A stretch of DNA of 64,000 bases from Candidatus Eiseniibacteriota bacterium (GTDB lineage Bacteria > Eisenbacteria > RBG-16-71-46 > SZUA-252): the NCBI GenBank assembly GCA_963703225.1, contig OY969801.1:1088001-1152000 (forward strand), read 5' to 3'. Shown in pieces: positions 9,159-17,363 of the stretch. The notes below the pieces were generated by a model. It made no database searches. It was not told the DNA's origin and saw nothing but the letters and a program-made list of their open reading frames with translations. Numbering within the stretch: position 1 is the stretch's first letter; the number at the start of each line of letters is the position of its first letter. A program made the position numbers and the translations under genes.

Positions 9159-9628
9159 ATACCACTAGAGGTAGCGGCACCGCGGCCCAGCAATCTGACA
9201 AGAAGGCGCTCGACAGAATCTGCTTCCTCTGCACCCGAAACTCAGCCCGCAGCCTCATGGCCGAAGCCATCACCCGCAGCCTTGCGGGGGATCGTTTCGA
9301 GGTCCTCAGTGCCGGACTTAACCCTGGGGAACCCAACCCGCTCACCTTGCGTGTCCTCGAGGAGAAAGGGCTCGATACGTCTCAGCTTCGCTCGAAGGGC
9401 GTCGAGACGGTCATGGGTCGGGTAGGAATCAGATACGCGATCATGGTCTGCGAGGAGGCAGAGGCGTCGTGCCCGGCCATCTATCCCTTCGCGACGCAGA
9501 CTCTTCGGTGGCCCTTCCCCGATCCAGCGGGTGCGGTGGGCAGTGAAGAAGAGCGCCTCGGGAAGTTCCGTGAGGTTCGAGACAGCATCGAGCGACGGGT
9601 GCGGACTTGGCTGGCAGAGATTAGGTAG
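9155..9628 (+). CDS. arsC: Arsenate reductase, LMW-PTPase fold
   Basis: CTRNSARS P-loop, VC...CP resolving cysteines, WPFPDP motif. Confidence 0.85.
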   Translation: MNTTRGSGTAAQQSDKKALDRICFLCTRNSARSLMAEAITRSLAGDRFEVLSAGLNPGEPNPLTLRVLEEKGLDTSQLRSKGVETVMGRVGIRYAIMVCEEAEASCPAIYPFATQTLRWPFPDPAGAVGSEEERLGKFREVRDSIERRVRTWLAEIR

Positions 9629-9716
9629 GGAGTCCTCCGCGCTACTTGGTCCGCTCCGACAGTGGCCAGGGCCACGGACAGCATGAGGTCAGCTGTCATT
9701 CGGACCAGTGGTTTCG

Positions 9717-10457
9717 CTAGAAGTTCCGGCCGAGCTGTCGGGCCCGATCGAGGTACCCGCTCCTCGTGTCATCGTCGGCGCCGTGAACGGCGTAGAACAG
9801 CTCATGCTCCACTCTCTTTATCCCCGGATAGGTCAAGGTGTACTCATCGATGACCTTACACATGGCTTCGCGGAGCCCAGCGTCATAGGCACGCTTATCC
9901 CAGATCGTCGTCTGGATGATCAGCGCCTTCTCATGCGTCAGCCGGCCCCGGCGGCCGTTGATGTCGCCCCGCCAGGCGTCCGCAGTAAGGTCGTAGGCGA
10001 AGCCCGGCGTCCAGACGCGATCGAGCCACCCTTTCAACATGGCCGGAAAGCTCAAGAAATGGACGGGCGCGATGAACGCCAGGGCCTGGGCTCGCGCCAC
10101 CTTCTGCTGTTGCACGAGTACGTCTTTAGGCTGAAAACGTTCCCGCAGCAATCGGATGATGCCACGGGCGTCGCGGTCGCCGACTAGCCACTTCATCGCG
10201 AACCGTCGCAAGGGCCCGCCCGCCCCCTCGAGCAGCGACTCTCGCAAGCGCATCCGGTCGAGTAAGTCGTCTGGGATGCTCTCGGTGAGCCAGCTCGGCG
10301 TATCGCGCGGGCGGTGCACTGGGTCGAACCCGATCGCGTACAGGTCGACCACTTCGGTCGAGTGCCCGGCCTCACGCAGACCTGCCGTGAACTGATCCAG
10401 GACCGCGTGACAAAAGGACTTCGGATTCGAATGCGCGTAGATCGTGAGCACATGCAT
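9717..10457 (-). CDS. Flavodoxin-like NAD(P)H dehydrogenase (quinone) family protein
   Basis: YAHSNPKSF, VVDLYAIGFDP and PAMLKGWLDRV motifs. Confidence 0.85.
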   Translation of the reverse strand: MHVLTIYAHSNPKSFCHAVLDQFTAGLREAGHSTEVVDLYAIGFDPVHRPRDTPSWLTESIPDDLLDRMRLRESLLEGAGGPLRRFAMKWLVGDRDARGIIRLLRERFQPKDVLVQQQKVARAQALAFIAPVHFLSFPAMLKGWLDRVWTPGFAYDLTADAWRGDINGRRGRLTHEKALIIQTTIWDKRAYDAGLREAMCKVIDEYTLTYPGIKRVEHELFYAVHGADDDTRSGYLDRARQLGRNF

Positions 10458-10685
10458 GGCAGACCTTTCGACCGAGCGAATGGACCGAAGCCGTTGAAGG
10501 ACGGGTTGAGCTGACCGCGGCAAGGGGCCACGATTATCGGAACCTGTTGCCGAGTTTAGGACACCGGCTTCGTGAGTTCACTGAACACGGCGGGCGGTCC
10601 CCCTCTTTGGCGACGCATCGAGCACCTGCCCATTAGACAGGTGTTCTAATCTCCAAAGTGCTAATCTACGCCCTGGACTTTACTT

Positions 10686-10723
10686 GGGCCGTTAGCTCAG
10701 TCGGCAGAGCACCTGCCTCTTAA
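10686..10723 (+). repeat. tRNA-Lys 5'-half repeat (junction 4) with CTT anticodon variant
   Basis: 37/38 identical; loop reads CTCTTAA (T>C at 10719); preceded by GTGCTAATCT. Confidence 0.95.
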
Positions 10724-10924
10724 ACGAAACAGAGTATTTCAGCGACCGAGCACGCAAGTACAATCCGCGGAGCACAATACGAGGCGCCCCAGAGGCTTGG
10801 ATCCCCTGGGGCGCGGTGCGTTTTGGGGAAGATGAGGGAAGAATTGGGACGGTCTGGGAAGCTGAGACCGGATCACCGGATCACCGGATCACCTGGGACC
10901 CTGGAATCGAGAACACCGGAGACA
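10724..10924 (+). repeat. Junction 4 arm
   Basis: Aligns with 14142-14344; ACCGGATC three times at 10867-10890; four phased GGGA motifs; AACACCGGRGACA tail. Confidence 0.85.
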
Positions 10925-11004
10925 TTCCTCGAAAACGTCCGGCAGAGGGGACCGTCCCTTCCGTCTTGAGGGTCGGACCGCGAAGTCGCATTGTACGTTC
11001 TGCC

Positions 11005-13971
11005 ATGAGCCTTTCAGCCGGGGCCCGTTTCGGGCCTTACGAGATCCTTGCACCGCTCGGCGCCGGAGGCATGGGAGAGGTGTACCGCGCGCGCGACGCA
11101 CGCCTCGAGCGCGAAGTGGCTGTGAAGGCGCTTCCCACGGGGTTCTCCTCCGATCCCGAGCGGCTTCATCGCTTCATCCGCGAGGCGAAGGTTCTGGCCT
11201 CGCTCAATCACCCGAACATTTCTGCGATCTACGGGCTTGAGGAGCTCCCCTCCGGGGAGCGGTTGCTCGTCCTGGAGCTGATCGAGGGGGAGACGCTGGC
11301 GGAGCGTCTGAAGCGTGGCGCCCTGGCGATTCCCGAGGTGCTCCGAGTATGCGGGGCAATCGCAGAGGCGCTGGAAGCTGCCCACGAGCGCGGCGTGATT
11401 CACCGGGACTTGAAACCGGGGAATGTGATGCTGACACCGCGCGGTGTCGTCAAGGTTCTCGACTTCGGGCTCGCGCGGCGAAGCGAGGTTTCGCTCACGG
11501 ATCGGGCGACCGGGGCGCCCACGGTCACGGCTCTGACGGAAGTGGGCCAGGTTATTGGCACGCCCGGATACATGAGCCCGGAGCACGTGCGGGGAGAGGA
11601 GCACGATCGACGTACGGATATCTTTGCTTTCGGTTGCGTGCTCTTCGAGTGTCTGACAGGGCGGCGCGCCTTCGGTGGTGCGACCAAGATGGACGCGATC
11701 GCGGCCGTGCTGAATGCTGAGCCTCCTTGGTCCTTGCTTCCTCGCGACGCACCGCAGCCGATCCGTGGGCTGCTCGCTCGGTGTCTCGAGAAGGACCCGC
11801 GGCAGCGGCTTCGGGACATCGGCGACGCCAGGATCGAGATCGAGGAGGCGCGTGAAGCGCGCCCGCCCGCGCGCGCGCCCGTCAGCGCGACGCAGCACAA
11901 CCTCCCGAAGCAGCTCACGAGCTTCGTGGGAAGGGAGCGGGAAATTGCGGAGTGTGACGCGCTCCTCTGCGAGTCGCGACTTCTCACGCTCTCTGGGATC
12001 GGAGGGTGCGGGAAGACGCGTCTGGCGCTCAAGGTGGCGGATAGCCGGCTCGAGGCGCATCCAGACGGAGTCTGGTTCGTGGACCTGGCGCCGGTTTCCG
12101 ATCCGGACCGGGTCCCCGTCGCCGTGGCGACAGCAGCCTCGGTCCGGGAGGAGCCCGGCAAGCCCATCCTAGAGACACTGACGCGGCATCTCGCCGAGAA
12201 GCGCACCCTTGTCGTGTTGGACAATTGCGAGCACGTGCTCCTGGCATGCGCGACCCTTTCTGAGCGGCTCTTGGCTTCGGCGCCGGAGCTGCGGCTGCTT
12301 GCAACGAGCCGGGAAGGGCTGGGAGTGAAGGGGGAGCGTTCCTACGCAGTGCCCCCGCTTTCGGTGCCGGCACCCGACACGGAGAGCGAGGTACATGCCA
12401 TCGAGACCTCGGAAGCGGTGCGACTCTTCGTTGATCGTGCGCGAGTGATCGCTCCTGACTTCCGACTCACGGAGGAGACGACATCGGTCGTGGCCGAGAT
12501 CTGCCGCCGTCTCGATGGCCTCCCGCTTGCCATCGAGCTCGCGGCCGCGCGGGTAAGGTTCCTCTCCGTGGATCAGATCCGCGCGAAGCTGGATGACCGC
12601 TTCCGCCTTCTCACGGGCGGAAGCAAGACGGCGATCCCGCGGCACCGGACGCTCCTGGCGACGATTCAGTGGAGCTACGACAACCTGGCTCCTGGAGAAC
12701 AACGGTTTTTCCGGCTGCTCTCGGTCTTCGCGGGCAGCTGGTCGCTCGGCGCCGCCGCGGCCGTTGCGGGGGAGGACAACGACGAGTTCGTATCTCTAGA
12801 TCACCTTATGCGATTGGTGGACAAGTCGCTCGTAGTCGTGGAGCGCGATGAGAGCGGAGAGGCCGTGTACCGGATGCTCGAGACCGTGCGAGAGTTTGCG
12901 CAGGAGCGGCTACTCGAGTCGGGCGAGGACGACGGGGCTCGGAGGCGGCATCTTGATTTCTATCTTGCGTTCGCAGAGCAGGTCGAGCCGAAGCTTCCGG
13001 GCCCGGAGCGGGGAACGTGGCTCGCCCGACTCGATCGCGAGCAGGAGAATGTACTCGCGGCGCATGCACATTGCGATCATGCCAGGGATGGAGCGGCAAA
13101 GGGGCTTCGCCTCGTGGGAGCGCTTTCGTGGTTTTGGGAGGATCGCGGCCTTCGCGGGCTGGGCCTTCGCCTCGCCCAGGAGGCGCTGGCGCGCGAAGGG
13201 GTGGAGCCTCTCACTGGGCTCCGTGCCCGAGTGCTCAGAGCGGCGGCGGAGAATACCTATCGCCAGGGTCGATACGCCGTCGCCACGAAATTTTTGAAGG
13301 AGAGTCTCTCCATCTCACGTGCCCTAGTAGATGCGGACGGCACCGCTTCGGTGCTCCGCCTATTGGGGGATGTGGAGGTTGCCCAAGGGAATTTGCCCGT
13401 GGCGCGCCGACTCTTCGAAGAGAGCATCGCAATCTGGCGGGAGCTCGGGAAGGGAAGGCATGCTCTCGGACTCAATAGCCTTGCCGAGCTTCTTCGTGCG
13501 GAGGGGCAGCTTGAGGAAGCAGTGCGGCTATACGAGGAGGCTTTGGCAATCAATCGCGAGCGGAGAAGTGTTGTGCTGGTTGCCATCAATCTGCTCAACC
13601 TCGCAAGTGTTGAGGCCCAGCGCGGCAGACTTGCGGCGGCACGGAGCAGGTGGGCTGAGATTGCAACGGTGCTCGGCGAGGACACCAAGTCGAAGGCGAT
13701 TGCGTATAACGTGCTGGCTGTAGGGGCGGGCATACTGGCCGCGGCTGGCACGGGGACGAGGGCCGCGCGACTTTACGGGGCGTCGGAAGCGATGCGCGAG
13801 CGCCTGGGCCTGCGGACAGATCCGGCGGATGAGCAATTCATTGCGCCGGCAATGGCGCGAGCCCGGAGGGAACTGGGCGCGAGCGCCTTCGCAGCGGCAT
13901 TCGCCGCGGGCCGCGCGCTCTCCTATGACCAGGCGCTCGCCGAGGCACGTGTGTCATTGGAGGAGCGCTAA
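11005..13971 (+). CDS. Ser/Thr protein kinase fused to STAND-like ATPase and TPR repeats
   Basis: GAGGMG, HRDLKPGN, DFG; FVGRERE, GIGGCGKT Walker A, VLDNCEH Walker B, LDGLPLAIELAA; C-terminal TPR-like repeats. Confidence 0.9.
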   Translation: MSLSAGARFGPYEILAPLGAGGMGEVYRARDARLEREVAVKALPTGFSSDPERLHRFIREAKVLASLNHPNISAIYGLEELPSGERLLVLELIEGETLAERLKRGALAIPEVLRVCGAIAEALEAAHERGVIHRDLKPGNVMLTPRGVVKVLDFGLARRSEVSLTDRATGAPTVTALTEVGQVIGTPGYMSPEHVRGEEHDRRTDIFAFGCVLFECLTGRRAFGGATKMDAIAAVLNAEPPWSLLPRDAPQPIRGLLARCLEKDPRQRLRDIGDARIEIEEAREARPPARAPVSATQHNLPKQLTSFVGREREIAECDALLCESRLLTLSGIGGCGKTRLALKVADSRLEAHPDGVWFVDLAPVSDPDRVPVAVATAASVREEPGKPILETLTRHLAEKRTLVVLDNCEHVLLACATLSERLLASAPELRLLATSREGLGVKGERSYAVPPLSVPAPDTESEVHAIETSEAVRLFVDRARVIAPDFRLTEETTSVVAEICRRLDGLPLAIELAAARVRFLSVDQIRAKLDDRFRLLTGGSKTAIPRHRTLLATIQWSYDNLAPGEQRFFRLLSVFAGSWSLGAAAAVAGEDNDEFVSLDHLMRLVDKSLVVVERDESGEAVYRMLETVREFAQERLLESGEDDGARRRHLDFYLAFAEQVEPKLPGPERGTWLARLDREQENVLAAHAHCDHARDGAAKGLRLVGALSWFWEDRGLRGLGLRLAQEALAREGVEPLTGLRARVLRAAAENTYRQGRYAVATKFLKESLSISRALVDADGTASVLRLLGDVEVAQGNLPVARRLFEESIAIWRELGKGRHALGLNSLAELLRAEGQLEEAVRLYEEALAINRERRSVVLVAINLLNLASVEAQRGRLAAARSRWAEIATVLGEDTKSKAIAYNVLAVGAGILAAAGTGTRAARLYGASEAMRERLGLRTDPADEQFIAPAMARARRELGASAFAAAFAAGRALSYDQALAEARVSLEER

Positions 13972-14103
13972 TCTGGCCGCTCACCTTGTGTAATGACTCG
14001 GATCGACTGGCCTTGCTTCAGGGAATGCCGTCGAAATGGCGGCACGCCCCACCCAAGCGTACCTCTGCTCAAAACGTGGTAAGTTACTTGGCTCAGTGTT
14101 CTT

Positions 14104-14143
14104 GGGCCGTTAGCTCAGTCGGCAGAGCACCTGCCTTTTAAGC
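14104..14143 (+). repeat. tRNA-Lys 5'-half repeat (junction 5)
   Basis: 40/40 identical to 20906-20945; upstream AAACGTGGTAAGTTACT resembles the leader of the intact tRNA. Confidence 0.95.
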
Positions 14144-14344
14144 GAAACAAGGGTATTCAGCAACCGAGACCGTAAGTACAGTCCGCGGAACTCAATACAC
14201 GTCGCCCCAGGAGCTTAGCCCTCTTGGGGCGATGTGCTCTTTGGGGGAGATAGGGGACAAAGCGGGACGATTTGGGAAGCTGAGACCGGATCACCGGATC
14301 AGTGCCGCAGCGAGAGATCTTTCAAGCCGGAAACACCGGGGACA
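14144..14344 (+). repeat. Junction 5 arm
   Basis: Aligns with junction 4 arm; ACCGGATC twice at 14285-14300. Confidence 0.85.
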
Positions 14345-14609
14345 CCGGACTGCGGCGTTCCCAATCATTGGAAACCTCATGCGGACCTCGCGATCCCGAC
14401 GAGCAGGCTCGGGGCCGCCGCCTGGTCTCAGTTCCTCGACGGTATTGTCCGCATCTCTGTCGCTCCCTCAAGCGATTGGTGTGTTCGTCGAAAGTACTCC
14501 TCCTGAGATCATCCTGCCGGCTTTTTCAATAGCGCACACCTTGCCGGTCCGATAGCATCCCTTCGTTGTTCCGCCGGTTTGGGGCCCCGTTGATTAGGAG
14601 ACCGCCACC

Positions 14610-15476
14610 GTGGCCTTCCGAGCTCCAGCACGATTGACAGCGGTTAGTCTATCAATGCTGGTCCCGCTCCTCTCGTGCAGTCCCCGATCGACTGCCGATG
14701 AAGCGAGTTCCCCGTGTGGGTGGTCTGTTCTTGGATCGCGTCCGCGGACCGCGAAGGACGTTCCGTTCGAAAGTCGGGACCCGCTCCTGCAGACCCCTGA
14801 CGACCCGAATCGGGTGAGAGGCCCGGGGAGCCTCGTCGCGATCGTCAAGAGCGACAGTCTTCATCATCCGCAGATCTACATCGAGGATGAGGTCACTGGC
14901 AAGCGCACCCATCTTCTCCGGGGTTCCAAGCCTAGGTGGTCGCCCGACGGATCGAGGATTGCGTGCGAAATATGGAAGTCCATCGAACGTCCCTGGATGC
15001 TGTGCGTGGTTGACCCCAAGACCGGAAGGGCGAGCGAGCTAGAGATTGGGTGCCTCGTTGATACATACCGCTGGTCTCCCGATGGGCAGTCCATCGCGGT
15101 CGGCGGAACCCTGTACGGGAAGTCGGTCAACGTTCTGTGTTGGGTGCGGCTTTCAACGGGCAGGAGCCGAATGCTGGACACGCTGCCGGTCTTCTCGGCC
15201 TACGAGGATCTAACCTGGTCCCCGAATTCGGGCGCGCTTGTGGTGGCGCGTCCCACTGCCGTCAACGCCGAGGAAGAGGACACGGCCGCGGACCTGTGGC
15301 TGTTTGATGAGAAAGGCCGGAAGTGTGCACTTACTGAGACGCCGGAGGTGGTGGAGGAAGCTCCGCAGTGGCTGGATGGGGGGAGCATCCTGTATTCCTT
15401 CCATCGGTTCGACCGAGGTGTTGCCGGGCCCCCAGAACAAGAAGTGCTCCTGCTGAAAACATCCGCAGCAAAGTAG
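14610..15476 (+). CDS. TolB-like (PD40 repeat) beta-propeller lipoprotein
   Basis: Lipobox LLSC; repeated WSPDG/WSPNS motifs; start uncertain. Confidence 0.7.
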   Translation: MAFRAPARLTAVSLSMLVPLLSCSPRSTADEASSPCGWSVLGSRPRTAKDVPFESRDPLLQTPDDPNRVRGPGSLVAIVKSDSLHHPQIYIEDEVTGKRTHLLRGSKPRWSPDGSRIACEIWKSIERPWMLCVVDPKTGRASELEIGCLVDTYRWSPDGQSIAVGGTLYGKSVNVLCWVRLSTGRSRMLDTLPVFSAYEDLTWSPNSGALVVARPTAVNAEEEDTAADLWLFDEKGRKCALTETPEVVEEAPQWLDGGSILYSFHRFDRGVAGPPEQEVLLLKTSAAK

Positions 15477-15502
15477 CCGGCTGTGACGCACGGAGGTGTT
15501 CA

Positions 15503-16033
15503 ATGTACCAACCCCACGCTCCACATCATGGATTCTTGTTTCCTGTCCTGCTCGCTGGCGTACTCGTCATGCCTGCCCCGAGTCTCGGGTTCGTGGACGT
15601 TTGGATCGACCCGGGCCACGGCGGCCCTGACGCGGGAAACCCGGGATATAGCGGCCTAGCTGGCGGCCGCGAGAAGGTCCTGAACCTCGAAGTCAGCAAC
15701 GTGCTCCATACCCGGCTTGGCCAGATTGGGTACAGCTCCCTCCTCACCCGGAACGGGGACAACAATCCAACAAAGGTACGGCGTGCAGATATGGCCACGG
15801 GCCGGGCATCGAACGACCTCGGTGAACTCGAGGTCGGGCAGATGCTGATTAGCGTGCACATGAACTCCACGGTGCAGTCTGTGTTTGGGACGGAGACCTA
15901 CTATCCGCCGTACAAGAAGTTTGGGTGGGTGTTGGACGGCTATCGCGTGGATAGCACGTTTGCCTATGAAATTCACACCGGTTTGATGAACGGCGCGACG
16001 AGCGCATTCATCGGATGCAACACTGATCGTGGG
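15503..16033 (+). pseudogene. N-acetylmuramoyl-L-alanine amidase (amidase_3), truncated at IS3
   Basis: GGAGG RBS, signal peptide, IDPGHGG, EKVLNL, ISVHMNS, GTETYY; breaks at DRG where the IS starts and no C-terminal part is visible on the other side. Confidence 0.8.
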
Positions 16034-16047
16034 CGTAAGCTTCCCCG

Positions 16048-16906
16048 TCAAGTAGACAGGTTGAAAGAGTACTCCCGGATCGATGAATGCCTCGGCAGAA
16101 ACGTGAGCGGCGGCACCCGGCCGAGGCTGTCGTGGGGCCGCTCGGTGTTGTAGTCCCTCAGCCACTCCTCCGTCACCACCCGCACTTCGCCCAGACGAGC
16201 CGAACACGTAGGCGTCCAGCACGTCCTGGCGGTAGCTGCGGTTGAACCGCTCGATGTAGGCGTTTTGGTCCGGCTTGCCGGGCTGGATGTAGCGGATCTC
16301 GATCTCCTGAGCCTGGCACCACTCGACGAAGGCCTCCGCCGTGAGCTCGGGCCCGTTGTCGACCCGCAACGCCGCGGGCTTGCCGTGGGCGGCGACGAGT
16401 TCCTCCATCACGCGAATCACCCGAACGCTCGGTATCGAAATCGCGATCTCGATGGCCAGCGCCTCACGGTTTCCTTCGTCGATCACGTTCAACGTGCGAA
16501 ACTGCCGCCCTCCGTACAACACGTCCGTCATAAAATCCAAAGCCCAAGTGCTGTTCAGCACGGTCGGGGCCTCGAGCGAGTGGCGCAGCCGTGCCGGAAT
16601 GCGCCGCTTCGTGCGGCGCGGAAGATTGAGTCCCAGAGCGCGGTAGACGCGATGAATCCGCTTCCAGTTCCAGGGATGGCCCTTCGCCCGAAGGCGATCC
16701 ACGCACTTCCACAAGCCGTGCCGCGGATGACGCTCCACGACGGCGTTCAGCGCGGCGATCACCGCAGCATCTCGCTCCACAGCCGGCCGGGGAGGTCGGT
16801 AGTACGCCGCCCGCGAGAGTCGAGCGATCCGGCAGGAGCGCTGCACCGACATCCGGTGCTCCTTCACCAGGACCGCCGCGGCCTCCCGCCGCGCGGACGG
16901 CGTCAC
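16048..16906 (-). pseudogene. IS3 transposase OrfB (DDE), with +1 frameshift near 16196
   Basis: WALDF, DNGPE and QPGKPDQNAYIERFN motifs; the conserved tail EWLRDYNTERPHDSLG lies in another frame ending at TGA 16048-16050. Confidence 0.8.
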
Positions 16907-17169
16907 AACTTTCGGCTCAGCAGGTCCTTAATCGCCGCGTTCTCGAGCGCGAGGTCCGTGTACATCCGCTTCAGCTTCGCGTTCTCGGCCTCGAGCTCCC
17001 GCAGACGCTTCAAATCAGGCACCGTCGCCCCCGCGTACTTCCGCTTCCAGCCGAAGTACGTGTTCTTGCTGATCCCGTGCTTCCGGACGATCTCGGCGAT
17101 CGGTACGCCCGCCTCGCCCTCCCTCAGAATCGCCACGATCTGCGACTCCGTGAACCGCGACTTCCGCAT
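16903..17169 (-). CDS. IS3 transposase OrfA (HTH)
   Basis: MRKSRFTESQIVAIL...HGISKNTYFGWKRKY...LEAENAKLKRM. Confidence 0.9.
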   Translation of the reverse strand: MRKSRFTESQIVAILREGEAGVPIAEIVRKHGISKNTYFGWKRKYAGATVPDLKRLRELEAENAKLKRMYTDLALENAAIKDLLSRKL

Positions 17170-17234
17170 GATCCCTCCCGCAAAAGGACCCGGGAGAGTC
17201 TACAATCAACTGTCTACAGAGAGGGGAAGCTTAC

Positions 17235-17312
17235 GGGCCGATATGCTTTTCGGGGAAGTTCAGGGACGTTCGTGGCCGGGGTAGGACGATTGAACCGGAT
17301 CACCGGATCACC
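17235..17312 (+). repeat. Remnant junction arm (tRNA half and left part missing)
   Basis: GGGCCGATATGCTTTTCGGGGAAGTTC...GATTGAACCGGATCACCGGATCA is nearly identical to 7194-7269. Confidence 0.85.
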
Positions 17313-17363
17313 ACGAAGACTTCAAGCTGGGCCGCCCGTAGCTGAGGTCACGGTCTAGCTGCT

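Larger units (their letters stand above)
16034..17235 (-). mobile_element. IS3-family insertion sequence (~1.2 kb)
   Basis: Terminal inverted repeats CGTAAGCTTCCCC-N5-GTAGACAG at both ends; orfA/orfB organisation; GGGC on both sides if ends are taken as 16035/17234. Confidence 0.9.

Noticed and set aside
10538..10566. Possible IS-end-like sequence GGAACCTGTTGCCGAGTTTAGGACACC
   Set aside because: No partner inverted repeat or transposase nearby; too weak to call.
1352..14143. tRNA-half repeats as a CRISPR array or as functional tRNA genes
   Set aside because: Spacing is kilobases with whole genes in between, no cas genes are present, and the copies lack the 3' anticodon stem, T arm and acceptor strand.
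15656..16047. C-terminal extension of the 416-aa IS ORF
   Set aside because: It results from the orfB frameshift reading out through the IR into the antisense strand of the amidase.
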